Positions 7,872-16,964 of a DNA stretch of 36,518 nucleotides are shown here, piece by piece. Below the pieces are notes generated by a model, which saw nothing but the letters and a program-made list of their open reading frames with translations, was not told the DNA's origin and did no database searches. This stretch comes from Planctomycetota bacterium (GTDB lineage: Bacteria > Planctomycetota > PLA2 > JAEUHO01), in contig JBFWRP010000039.1 in the NCBI GenBank assembly GCA_050248855.1, forward strand, positions 1-36,518, in the 5' to 3' direction. A program made the translations under genes and the position numbers. Within the stretch, counting starts at the first letter, position 1. Each line of letters starts with the position of its first letter.

Positions 7872-10112
7872 ATGCACCTCGCCCAACGCTTCCGCGCAGC
7901 TGCGCTCGCAACGTCCGCCCTCACGCTGCTCGCTGCCTGCGGTGGCAGTGGCGGCGGCTCGGATGACAATCCGCCCCCCACGACACCGCCCTTCATCGTT
8001 CCCGCGACGTCGGTCACCGCTTCCGCCGGCGCCGACGTGCGCGCGGCGGCCACGGCCGACCTGAACCGTGACGGTCGTCCGGACCTGATCCTGGCCCATG
8101 CCGGCTCCACGGACGTCTCCGTGGCACTTGGCAGTGCAGGCGGCTTCGGGGCCACGGTCAACACGGGCGTCGGCGGCACGGTCACGGACGTGGCGGTCGC
8201 CGATGTGGACTTGGACGGTGACCTCGACGTCATCGCCGTCGTGGATGTGGCAGGTACCGGCCAAGCCTTGATCCTCGAGGGCGATGGCTCGGGCAGCCTC
8301 TTGGCAGGTGCCAGTGTCCCGCTCCCGGCCAACGTGATGGCGGACGCGATCGTGGTCGGCCGCTTCAACGCGGACGCGTACACCGACATCGCGGTCCTGG
8401 CGACCGATGACGAGTCGATCTACATCAGCCTGGGTGGCGCCTTGGGCTTCGGCGCCTACGCCGACCTCACGCTGCCCGCTGGCGTGGAGGCCAGCGACAT
8501 GCTCGCCATGGACCTGGATGCCGACGGACGCCTGGACATCGTCGTATGCACCGCCACCAGCGGTGAGATTCGCGCCTACCTCGGCGATGGCATGGGCTCC
8601 TTCTCGGCGGGCGCCATCGTGACGGCGGCGGCGGGCGCCGAGCTCGACGCCCTGGCCCAGGCCGATGTCGATGCCGACGGCGACGCCGACGTGATCGTCG
8701 TCAACCGCACGAGCGGGTCGATCCACGTCCTCCTCGGCGACGGCACGGGCAGCTTGACCTTGGCGTCCACGACCGCGGTCGGTGCCGACGTCGCCGGCGC
8801 TGCCGCCGCGGACTTCGACATCGACGGTCGGATCGACGTGGTCGCTACCCTGGCCACGAGCGAGGAGCTCTCGGTCCACTTCGGCAACGGAGATGGCACG
8901 CTCCAGGGCGGCGTCCTCCTTGCGGCCGGTGCGGCGACCCCGGGCGCCGTCGTCGTGGCGGACGTCAACGTCGACGGCTCGAAGGACCTTGTCGTGCTGC
9001 ACGGCACGGCCGATCTGGCGACCGTGCACCTGGGCATCGATCGCTCGATCGCCTTCCAGCTGGGAACGGCGACTTCGGTGGACGCCGGCGCCAGCGCTTC
9101 GATCTCCTCCGTCTCCGTGGTCGACATCGACCAGGATGGCAACCTGGACATCGCCGTGGGTGACAACGGCAACGACGCCCTCGTGACCTTCATGGGCATG
9201 GGCGACGGCTCCTTCGGCTTGCCGAACCCGACGATGTTGGCCGTCGGCGCCGACGCGACGGCGGTCGCGACCGCGGACGTGAACGCCGATGGCAACGTCG
9301 ACGTCCTTGCCTCGACGACGGGCATGGACGAGGTTGCCGTGGCCCTTGGAACGGGGGCGGCGATCTCGCTCGGCACCTCGATCGATCTTGGCTTGGGTGC
9401 CGATGCCCAGGCGCTCGCCCTGGGCGACTTCAACCTGGACGGCCACACGGACGTGGCCGTGGTCGCAGCCGGCCTGTCGACGGTCGAGATCGCTCTCGGC
9501 AACGGCGACGGGACCTTCGCGGCCCCGGTGACTGCGGCCCTGGCCGCGGCGTTCGACGCGCGTGCCATGGTGTCGGCGGACTTCGACCGCGACGGACGCC
9601 TGGATCTGGCCGTCTCCAGTGGCCTGACGGGTGAGATCGCGATCCTGCTCGGCAACGGCATGGGCGGGTTCTCGGCTCCCGTCCCCTTCACCGTGGCGCT
9701 GGGCGGTCAGCTGACGAGCCTCGTGGCGGCTGACTTCAACCAGGACGGGCGCGTCGACTTGGCTGCCACCAACCGCAACAACGGCACGGTGGGCATCGCG
9801 CTGGGCAGCGGCTCGGGCACGTTCAACCTCTTCACGACGGTGAGTGCCGGCGTCGACGTCGTCGCGCTGGCGACGGCCGACGTCGATCGTGACGGCCGCT
9901 TGGACCTCGTCGCGACGCTGGGTGGGTCGGCGCAGGTCGTCGTGATGCTCGGCAACGGCCTCGGCGGCTTCGGAGCGCCCACGGCGCTGGCCAGCGGCGG
10001 CGTCAGCGCCTCCTCCGTGGCCATCGCCGACCTCGACAACGACGGGCGCCTGGACGTGATCGTCGGCCACACGACCAGCGGCGAGCTGGGCGTGCTGCTC
10101 GGCACCAACTGA
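7872..10112 (+). CDS. FG-GAP/VCBS repeat lipoprotein (14 repeats, probably two 7-bladed propellers)
   Basis: AGGAGA SD; lipobox LLAA-CGGSGGG; 14 DxNxDGxxD-type motifs from DLNRDGRPD to DLDNDGRLD. Confidence 0.9.
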   Translation: MHLAQRFRAAALATSALTLLAACGGSGGGSDDNPPPTTPPFIVPATSVTASAGADVRAAATADLNRDGRPDLILAHAGSTDVSVALGSAGGFGATVNTGVGGTVTDVAVADVDLDGDLDVIAVVDVAGTGQALILEGDGSGSLLAGASVPLPANVMADAIVVGRFNADAYTDIAVLATDDESIYISLGGALGFGAYADLTLPAGVEASDMLAMDLDADGRLDIVVCTATSGEIRAYLGDGMGSFSAGAIVTAAAGAELDALAQADVDADGDADVIVVNRTSGSIHVLLGDGTGSLTLASTTAVGADVAGAAAADFDIDGRIDVVATLATSEELSVHFGNGDGTLQGGVLLAAGAATPGAVVVADVNVDGSKDLVVLHGTADLATVHLGIDRSIAFQLGTATSVDAGASASISSVSVVDIDQDGNLDIAVGDNGNDALVTFMGMGDGSFGLPNPTMLAVGADATAVATADVNADGNVDVLASTTGMDEVAVALGTGAAISLGTSIDLGLGADAQALALGDFNLDGHTDVAVVAAGLSTVEIALGNGDGTFAAPVTAALAAAFDARAMVSADFDRDGRLDLAVSSGLTGEIAILLGNGMGGFSAPVPFTVALGGQLTSLVAADFNQDGRVDLAATNRNNGTVGIALGSGSGTFNLFTTVSAGVDVVALATADVDRDGRLDLVATLGGSAQVVVMLGNGLGGFGAPTALASGGVSASSVAIADLDNDGRLDVIVGHTTSGELGVLLGTN

Positions 10113-10181
10113 CCCCAGGCGAAATCGCCTGGCAACTCCGCGGGGAGGCTCCGTCTCGTCAGAAGGCGAACGGAGCCTCCC

Positions 10182-13100
10182 ATGCGCGTTTCCAGGCCGT
10201 TGTCCCTCCTGGTTCTCCCCCTGCTCGCGGCCTGCGGAGGGGGCGGCTCCTCGGGTCAGCCCGATGCACCCGAGTTCGAGTTCCTGGTCGGACCGCCGGC
10301 GGCGGCGCGTAGCGGGTTGAACCAGCGTCCGCCCGAGGAGCTGCTGCAGACGCCGTTGGTTCCGCGCCTGCGCGCGGATCGCGCCGAGCCGCTGACGCGC
10401 GAGGAGGAGGTGGCGCTCGGGGCCGTGGGGCGCACCGACGCCCTGGCCCGTCTGGGAGAGCGCGGCTACGACGAGGACCACGATGTCGTCGTCCGCCGCG
10501 TCCAACGCGACCCCTACGGCGGCGTGCACGTGAAGATGGGCCAGACCTACCGCGGCGTGCCCATCCTCGGGGGCGGCATCGGCTGCCATGACGTGCCCGG
10601 GCGCAGCCGCTTCCTGACCGAACAGCTGGTGCCGCCGGTCCTCGTGGACACGGAGCCATCCACCGCGCTTGCGACCGCCATCGGTCGTGCGGAGACCGGC
10701 TACGCCGCACGCGAGACGACGCGGGACGGCCTCCCGACGCAGAGCGAGGGGCGCCTCGTCATCTGGCCGACGCTGGACTGGGTACGCGTGCGCAGCAGTC
10801 GTGCGGAGGACCACACCGAGGACTTCGAGCGGCAGCTCGTGGAGGCGCGGTTGGTGTGGGAAGTCGTCGTGTCGCCGGTCTACCCGTCGGACGAGTCGCT
10901 CGTGCTGGACGCCATCCAGCTGCCCGAGCAGGCCGATGCGGACGACGCGGACACCGCAGCGACGCGCCGCGACAGTCCCGTGCGTGGGGGGAGAGACCCC
11001 GATCCGGAACCCGATCACGGCCACGCACCTCTGGACGCCCTGATGCAGCCGGCGGTGCGCTACCTGGTCGACGCCGCGACGGGCGAGATCGTGGACGAGC
11101 GCGTGCTCATCGACCACGACGACGAGCTCGACCCGGCCGTGGGCGTGGGCTACAGCTACGCGAGCGGCGTGGTTCCCTTGTCCGTCGCCTACCGTCCGTC
11201 CAACAACACGTACTACCTGATGGACGTGGAGCGACCCGACGTCAACCCGACGGGCGTCCTCGTGGGCAGCTACGTCCTGGATGCGCAGAACCTGGAGACG
11301 CACGACGCCGGGGAGATGGCCTGGATCCGCGACTGGAACAACCAGTGGGGCGATGGCTCGATCTACGACAGCGAGGGGTCACCGATCGATACGCCTCGCC
11401 GGCAGACGCCCGGCGTGGACGTGGCCCACGGGATCCAGATGACGTGGGACTTCCTGGACCACGTGCTCGGGTTCTGGGGGCCCGACGGCCTGGGGACGCG
11501 GACCCGGGCGTGCGTGCACTACGGCAACCCCTACGGCGACGCCCATTGGAACGGGTCCAGCCAGTTCATCTGCTTCGGCGACGGCAACAGCATCTCGAGT
11601 CCTGGCAACTACGGCCTGGCCACGGTGGCACACGAGCTGGGCCACGCGATGTGGTCCGGTGCCGGCATCGAGCAGGAGAACGGCGAGGCCGATGCCCTCA
11701 ACGAGGGCACGGGGGACATCCAAGGCGGCTTGGTCTTCCTGTACCGCGCCACGGGTAGCGGCCAGGGCGCCCTCGTCATTCGCCAGCCGTACCTCGGCGG
11801 CTGGCGGGGGCGCGTGGTGAACCCGGCGGGATACGACGAGACGGACGACGAAGGTGTCGAGTACACGGGCCTGTCGTACTGGTCCTCCACCTTGGAAGAC
11901 GGGCCCGAGCACGTGGGGGGCCTGCCGTACGGACGGGCCATGATCTACCTCGCCGAAGGGGCGCCCGCCGACGAGGAGAACACGCTGTACACCACGGAGT
12001 TCCCGGGCGGGCTCGGTGGGATCGGCATCACGCGCGCCGCCATCATCTGGCACTACGCGACGGCGTATCTGGTCTCCGGGTCCCCGACGTACCCGGACAT
12101 GCGCCAAGCGTGGCTCGACGCCGCGCAGACGCTCTTTGGCGTGGGCTCGATGCCCGATCGTGCGGTGCGCCGAGCCTTCGCCGCCATTCGCGTGGGGAGC
12201 TCGTGGGGAGACCCGGACCCGCCGACGATCGCGTACGCGCAGGTCTTCGACGTGAACACGCGCGACATGACGGCCGCCGTCTTCGCCGTGCCGACGGACG
12301 ACACGGGGTTCAAGGAGATGCGCATCGAGACGAGCGGCACGCCGGACCATCTCTTCGGCGACTGGTTCCTTGGGTACGTCAGCATCGCCCGTGCGCCCGT
12401 GGGCGTGAGTGATGCAACCATCACGATCGAAGACGGCACGGGGAAGACGGCGTCGGTCGTCCGTCCCTTCCTGAAGCCCCGTGACCGCAACCTGATCACC
12501 AACGGTGACTTCGAGAACGGCATGGGCAGCTGGGTCAGCGAGTCGGGCGTGAACCAGACCGCGTACTTCCCCTCGGCCGCGTTCCTGGGCGAGCAGTTCC
12601 TTCGCATCCAGGGCGTCGATCGCGTGTGGCAGGACGTCACGATCCCCCCCGACGCCGAAGACGTGGCCCTCGTCTTCCGCGTGTTGGTCCGGGACATCGC
12701 CACCGCCGACCAGTCGCTTCGTCTCACGATCCAAGACCCTGCCGGCGGCGTGATCACGACCCTGCTCACCATCGATCGCGACAACCCCCCCGACACACGC
12801 GACTGGGTCAACCGCGGCTGGCTCCGCCAGGAGCTCGACATGAGCGCCTACGCGGGCCAGACGATCCGCTTGGCGTTCCACGGCGACGCGGCAACCGGGG
12901 ATCCCAGCTTCTTGGTGGACCACGTCATGATGACGTACGACACGGAGGTCACCGTGGGCCTGCCGCAGGTGGAGGTCGCCGAGTACGACCGTGTCGTCAG
13001 CTTCAAGCTGCCCGACATCGAGGGGGCCTCGACGGCCGAGATCCTGCGGGTGGACTGGTATCTGGACGGCGTGTTCGTGGGCGCCGGCGAGGAGTCCCTC

Positions 13101-13802
13101 ACCGACTACTACGGCGCGTGGTTCACGAGTGCGCTGACGCCTGGGATGCATTGGGTAGGCGGACGCGTGCGCGCCTTGGACGGCTCCGTCCTCGTGGACT
13201 CGTTCGGCGTGTGGTTCGAGACGGGCCTTCCCTTCAACGAGCTGCTGCCCGATGGCAGCTTCGAGAGCGGTGCCTGGGACCTGGCCTACGGCGATCCACC
13301 GCCCCGCGTACAGGTGATCCCCAACGGCAGCTACCCCAAGGCGGCATTCCGCGGCACACAGGCCGTAAAGCTGGGCGATGTCGGCGAGCTGGGCGACTCG
13401 CAGGTGGGCGTCGTGGTGCAGATGCCTGGCCCCCAGGCGATGTCCTCGTTGACGCTCAGCCTGCGCATGCACGCGGACAGCAGCGAGCCCGCGAGCCCCC
13501 CCGGTCCCATCGGCGCGGCGTCCGAAGCACTGTGGGTCGAGTTCTGGGACATGAGCACGTTCGTCAAGATCAGCGAGTACGCCATGGCCACCCACGAGGA
13601 TGGCTTCGTTCGCCAAGGCACGCGCCACGGCTGGCGCGGCTACATCCGACTGGAGCAGGCGATCTCGGCTTGGCCGTTGGCGGGCAAGGAGGTGCTCGTG
13701 CGGCTGCGGGCCCACGAGGACGACGGCTTGCCCACGACCTTCTACGTGGACAACGTGAGCCTGCGGTACCAGGGGCTTGGCGTGGTGGGGGGCGGGCTGT
13801 AG
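10182..13802 (+). CDS. M4 (thermolysin-like) metallopeptidase lipoprotein with C-terminal Ig-like and CBM-like domains
   Basis: Lipobox LLAA-CGGGG; FTP-type propeptide HVKMGQTYRGVPILG; PepSY-type YLVDAATGEI; VHYG...DAHWNG...FGDG; HELGH; ALNEGTGD; two N(L)xxNGxFE-type jelly-roll modules. Confidence 0.9.
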   Translation: MRVSRPLSLLVLPLLAACGGGGSSGQPDAPEFEFLVGPPAAARSGLNQRPPEELLQTPLVPRLRADRAEPLTREEEVALGAVGRTDALARLGERGYDEDHDVVVRRVQRDPYGGVHVKMGQTYRGVPILGGGIGCHDVPGRSRFLTEQLVPPVLVDTEPSTALATAIGRAETGYAARETTRDGLPTQSEGRLVIWPTLDWVRVRSSRAEDHTEDFERQLVEARLVWEVVVSPVYPSDESLVLDAIQLPEQADADDADTAATRRDSPVRGGRDPDPEPDHGHAPLDALMQPAVRYLVDAATGEIVDERVLIDHDDELDPAVGVGYSYASGVVPLSVAYRPSNNTYYLMDVERPDVNPTGVLVGSYVLDAQNLETHDAGEMAWIRDWNNQWGDGSIYDSEGSPIDTPRRQTPGVDVAHGIQMTWDFLDHVLGFWGPDGLGTRTRACVHYGNPYGDAHWNGSSQFICFGDGNSISSPGNYGLATVAHELGHAMWSGAGIEQENGEADALNEGTGDIQGGLVFLYRATGSGQGALVIRQPYLGGWRGRVVNPAGYDETDDEGVEYTGLSYWSSTLEDGPEHVGGLPYGRAMIYLAEGAPADEENTLYTTEFPGGLGGIGITRAAIIWHYATAYLVSGSPTYPDMRQAWLDAAQTLFGVGSMPDRAVRRAFAAIRVGSSWGDPDPPTIAYAQVFDVNTRDMTAAVFAVPTDDTGFKEMRIETSGTPDHLFGDWFLGYVSIARAPVGVSDATITIEDGTGKTASVVRPFLKPRDRNLITNGDFENGMGSWVSESGVNQTAYFPSAAFLGEQFLRIQGVDRVWQDVTIPPDAEDVALVFRVLVRDIATADQSLRLTIQDPAGGVITTLLTIDRDNPPDTRDWVNRGWLRQELDMSAYAGQTIRLAFHGDAATGDPSFLVDHVMMTYDTEVTVGLPQVEVAEYDRVVSFKLPDIEGASTAEILRVDWYLDGVFVGAGEESLTDYYGAWFTSALTPGMHWVGGRVRALDGSVLVDSFGVWFETGLPFNELLPDGSFESGAWDLAYGDPPPRVQVIPNGSYPKAAFRGTQAVKLGDVGELGDSQVGVVVQMPGPQAMSSLTLSLRMHADSSEPASPPGPIGAASEALWVEFWDMSTFVKISEYAMATHEDGFVRQGTRHGWRGYIRLEQAISAWPLAGKEVLVRLRAHEDDGLPTTFYVDNVSLRYQGLGVVGGGL

Positions 13803-13874
13803 GGGGCGGAAGGGGGGATGGCGGCATGGCGGGATGGCGGGAACGCGGGAAGGCACTGCGTGGCGGAGGCCCCC

Positions 13875-13902
13875 GGTAGCGGGGGCGGGTGTCGAACCCG
13901 CG
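13875..13902 (-). repeat. Direct repeat of the tRNA-Met 3' end (att-like)
   Basis: 27/28 nt identical to 14092-14119. Confidence 0.85.
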
Positions 13903-14044
13903 CGGCCGCTGCGGGCCTGACGGCCCTGGCGGCTCGCGCTTTGCGAACGACTTTGTCGGAGGGGGGCTATGTAGCCCCCCTCCACGCCCCGCTGCTGCTT
14001 CGCAGTCAGCTGGGCTCCACCCCCAACCCGGTCGCGGGTGGGCC

Positions 14045-14086
14045 AAAAAGTGCGGAAGCCGCTGACCCTTGGTTCAGCGGCTTCCG
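14045..14086 (-). terminator. intrinsic terminator of tRNA-Met
   Basis: 13-bp stem CGGAAGCCGCTGA / TCAGCGGCTTCCG followed by TTTTT on the minus strand. Confidence 0.8.
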
Positions 14087-14090
14087 AGTC

Positions 14091-14165
14091 TGGTAGCGGG
14101 GGCGGGAGTCGAACCCGCGACCTCCAGGTTATGAGCCTGACGAGATACCACTTCTCCACCCCGCG
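14091..14165 (-). tRNA. tRNA-Met(CAT), probably initiator fMet
   Basis: 75-nt cloverleaf CGCGGGG...TCAGG-CTCATAA-CCTGG...GCGGG-TTCGACT-CCCGC-CCCCGCT-A-CCA; unpaired C1:U72; encoded CCA. Confidence 0.95.
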
Positions 14166-14251
14166 TCGCGGTGGAGGGGGGAAGATAGCGGGGGCTGGCG
14201 GGGGGGCGAGGATTTGCGGGGCCGCTGGGGGTTGGGGTACCCCAGGGGCTC

Positions 14252-15499
14252 GTGGCGGAGCGTGCCCCCCTGTCGGTCGAGCGGCGCAATGCCGCCGCGT
14301 ATGCCGTGTCGGAGCTCGGCTGGGGCTTCGCATGGTCCCTGGTGTTCGAGGCGCCGATGATCGCGGCGTTCGCCGCCGGGATAGGTCGCGGCGAGGGGGA
14401 TGCGGGCCTGATCTGGCTGCTCCAGAGCCTGGGCATCGCCCTGCCCATGCTCGTGACCGCGTGGCTGCTCAAGCCCTTCGGCCGGATGCGCGGGCTGGTG
14501 GCCTGGGGCCACGCCACCGCCGCCGTCCTGCTCCTGGGGCTTGCGGGCGTGGCCGCGTGGGCCGAGGCGGGCACCCTGCGCCTCGTCTACCTGCTCACCG
14601 TCCCCGTCTTCTTCCTGGCCATCGGCGTCCAGATCCCGGCGTGGTACGCGATGGTCGGGCAGCTGTTCCCCCCCGGCGCGCAGCACCGCCTGCTGGGCGT
14701 CGTGTTTGCCGTCAACCGCATCGGCGCGCTGGTCGGGGGCGGCCTCGCGGGATACGTGATCGAGACCGCGGCGAGCCCGGGCGAGGCCTGGAGTCGCCTG
14801 TTCGCCATCAGCGGGGCCAGCGGGCTGCTGGCCTGTTGGCCCTACCGCTGGATCCAGGAGCGTGGCATTCGCCCACGCCCGCGGCCCCCGCTCCGCAGCC
14901 ACCTGGCGGGCATGGGACGCACCTGGCGGCGCATTGCGGCCTTCCGCCGCTTCGTGCTCGCCGACGCGCTCGGGATCGCCCAGTGGGTCGTCATCGCGCT
15001 GTTCGCCGAAGCGGCCTTCTCGCGCGACGGCCATCCACGCTGGCTGGCGGGACCGTGGACGCAGGCCAGTGCCGTCGGCATGCTCCTGGCAGCCGTGTTG
15101 GTCACGCTCACGGGCAACCGCGTCCGTCCGCGTGCTTGGGTGGCCGTGGGCATGGCGGCGCTCGCGGTGGGTGGGGTGGTCGCGGCAATCGGCGGCGGCA
15201 CGTGGCACTACGGGTTCGTCGCCGCCACCGTCGGCTTCTCGCTCGGTACGCGCATGACCTGCCTGGGGCTCTCGCTGATGCGCATCGTCCCGGCCCGCCA
15301 GCGCACCCAAGCCCTGGGACTCCAGGGCGCGGTCGCCACCGCCCTCCAGGGCACCTTCGCGTGGGGGGGCGGTCTCGTGGCGATCGAGCTGGGCTACGGT
15401 CCGGTCTTCGCGGGCGCGGCCGTCGTGGTGGTGGTCGCCCTGATGCTCCTGATGACCTGGGTGCCGAGGCCCGTATCCAGCGATGGAATGCAATCATGA
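14252..15499 (+). CDS. MFS transporter
   Basis: 415 aa, about 12 hydrophobic segments in a 6+6 layout; MFS-like LFPPGAQHRLLG and IVPARQRTQALG loops. Confidence 0.8.
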   Translation: MAERAPLSVERRNAAAYAVSELGWGFAWSLVFEAPMIAAFAAGIGRGEGDAGLIWLLQSLGIALPMLVTAWLLKPFGRMRGLVAWGHATAAVLLLGLAGVAAWAEAGTLRLVYLLTVPVFFLAIGVQIPAWYAMVGQLFPPGAQHRLLGVVFAVNRIGALVGGGLAGYVIETAASPGEAWSRLFAISGASGLLACWPYRWIQERGIRPRPRPPLRSHLAGMGRTWRRIAAFRRFVLADALGIAQWVVIALFAEAAFSRDGHPRWLAGPWTQASAVGMLLAAVLVTLTGNRVRPRAWVAVGMAALAVGGVVAAIGGGTWHYGFVAATVGFSLGTRMTCLGLSLMRIVPARQRTQALGLQGAVATALQGTFAWGGGLVAIELGYGPVFAGAAVVVVVALMLLMTWVPRPVSSDGMQS

Positions 15500-15504
15500 C
15501 GCTA

Positions 15505-15529
15505 GAACCATCGGAACTTCCGATGGTTC
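15505..15529. promoter_or_regulatory. Perfect 25-bp inverted repeat (operator candidate)
   Basis: GAACCATCGGAA-C-TTCCGATGGTTC upstream of the LuxR gene. Confidence 0.55.
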
Positions 15530-15666
15530 AAGGCCCGGAACCTGCGGGACTTTCGCAACGTCACCACCCCGGGCAGTACGGAACATCGGGGGGCCTTCTC
15601 GGGCAGGGCTGCCTTCGCGGGCGGTGTCGCAATTGCGGGCGGTGCTGACGCCGCCGGGAGGCGCGC

Positions 15667-16305
15667 GTGATCATCCATCCCCCGAAGGCCGAGTCGCAGC
15701 GAGGACATCCGGTGCTGAGCGACAGGGAAACGCACGCCCTCGCCAAGGGCCTGCTCGATTCCGACCCCGAACGAGGCGTGGTCTTGCTGACCCTGGACCG
15801 GCGCGTCCTCTACTCCAACACTGCCGCCAGCAACTTCCTGCGCGACGGTACGGAGCGTGGACGCGACGCCCTGCTCCCTGCTCCACTGGACCGCTGGCTT
15901 GGCGAGTTCGCCGAGCGCATCCGTGCGCCCCGCGGGCCGACGCTGGCCGACGCCTACTACCCGCACGAAGAGGACCGCCGCCTCCGGGTGAGCGCCGAGG
16001 CGTTCGACGCCGATCGCTCCACCTACATCGTGCTGCGCGTGCAGAGCGCGCGTCCCTGGAACGAGCCCACCGTGCGCCGTCTCCAGGGTCGCTTCGCCCT
16101 CACGCTGCGCGAAGCCCAAGTCGCTTCGCATGTGGCGCGGGGTCACTCCAACGGCGAGGTCGCCGATCGCCTCGGCATCGTCGAGAAGACCGTCAAGAAC
16201 GTGCTCATGAGCGTCTACAAGAAGTGCGGCGTGCGCAATCGCGTCGAGCTGGCGCTCCGGGCCTACGACGCGCCGGTCGGATCGCCGGACCTGGGCAACA
16301 CGTAG
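15667..16305 (+). CDS. LuxR-family HTH regulator with N-terminal PAS-like domain
   Basis: LTLREAQVASHVARGHSNGEVADRLGIVEKTVKNVLMSVYKKCGVRNRVEL; N-terminal GVVLLTLDRRVLYSNTAA. Alternative GTG start at 15712. Confidence 0.9.
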   Translation: MIIHPPKAESQRGHPVLSDRETHALAKGLLDSDPERGVVLLTLDRRVLYSNTAASNFLRDGTERGRDALLPAPLDRWLGEFAERIRAPRGPTLADAYYPHEEDRRLRVSAEAFDADRSTYIVLRVQSARPWNEPTVRRLQGRFALTLREAQVASHVARGHSNGEVADRLGIVEKTVKNVLMSVYKKCGVRNRVELALRAYDAPVGSPDLGNT

Positions 16306-16313
16306 CCCGCGGC

Positions 16314-16964
16314 GTGGGCCACCCCGTCCTTGCGCCGTACGAGCTGACCTGGGAGGACCTGCGCCTTGCAGGTCCCGATGCAGCCTTCCCGCCCGCGGAC
16401 CTGCCGCTGGAGGTCGAGATCGGCTGCGGCGACGACGACTTCCTGCTGCGCTCGGCCGAGCAGCGGCCCGGCACCCGCTGGCTCGGCATCGAGTACAGCC
16501 ACAAGCGCGTCCGTCGCCAGATCCGACGGGTCGAGCGCCTGCACGCGGAGCCGCTCTCCAACCTGCGTTTCCTCTGGCGCCCGGCCCGCGACGTCGTGCG
16601 CCCGTTCCTGGCGCCGGAGCGCGTCCGCGCCTTCCACGTGTACTTCCCCGATCCCTGGCCCAAGGCCCACCACGCGCGCTATCGCCTGCTCGATCCCGCG
16701 TTCCTGGAGGATCTGGCGGCGGCGCTCGAGCCCGGCGGCAGCGTGCATGTCGCCACCGATGCCCGTGCCTATGCCGAGGAAGTGGTTGCTGCCCTGGCGG
16801 AGGTCCCGGGCCTCGTCAACACGCTTCCGGCCCCGGGTTGGGCGACCACGCCTCCCGCCGAGCGCACGACGGTGTTCGAGGAACGCTGGCGCGCCGAAGG
16901 GCGCACGATCCACGCGATGCGCTTCAGCCGCGCGCCTCGCGCTGGAGCTGGGCCAGCCGGTTGA
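16314..16964 (+). CDS. trmB: tRNA (guanine-N7)-methyltransferase
   Basis: Motifs VEIGCG, WLGIE, HVYFPDPWPKAHH, LEPGGSVHVATD, TVFEERW. Start codon (GTG 16314) uncertain. Confidence 0.88.
   Translation: MGHPVLAPYELTWEDLRLAGPDAAFPPADLPLEVEIGCGDDDFLLRSAEQRPGTRWLGIEYSHKRVRRQIRRVERLHAEPLSNLRFLWRPARDVVRPFLAPERVRAFHVYFPDPWPKAHHARYRLLDPAFLEDLAAALEPGGSVHVATDARAYAEEVVAALAEVPGLVNTLPAPGWATTPPAERTTVFEERWRAEGRTIHAMRFSRAPRAGAGPAG

Noticed and set aside
13817..13850. Short ATGGCGG(C/G) repeats as a CRISPR array or iteron
   Set aside because: Only about three degenerate 8-9-bp units, with no spacers and no cas or rep genes.
5196..13874. Intact genomic island at the tRNA
   Set aside because: No integrase or transposase, no second distal att copy seen, and no obvious compositional shift by eye.
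7860..14333. Minus-strand ORFs of 1147 and 984 aa
   Set aside because: Mirror frames of the FG-GAP and M4 genes caused by GC3 bias; one runs across the tRNA.
15483..16313. Long N-terminal extension on TrmB (493-aa ORF)
   Set aside because: Overlaps the LuxR gene in another frame and has low-complexity Arg/Pro composition.
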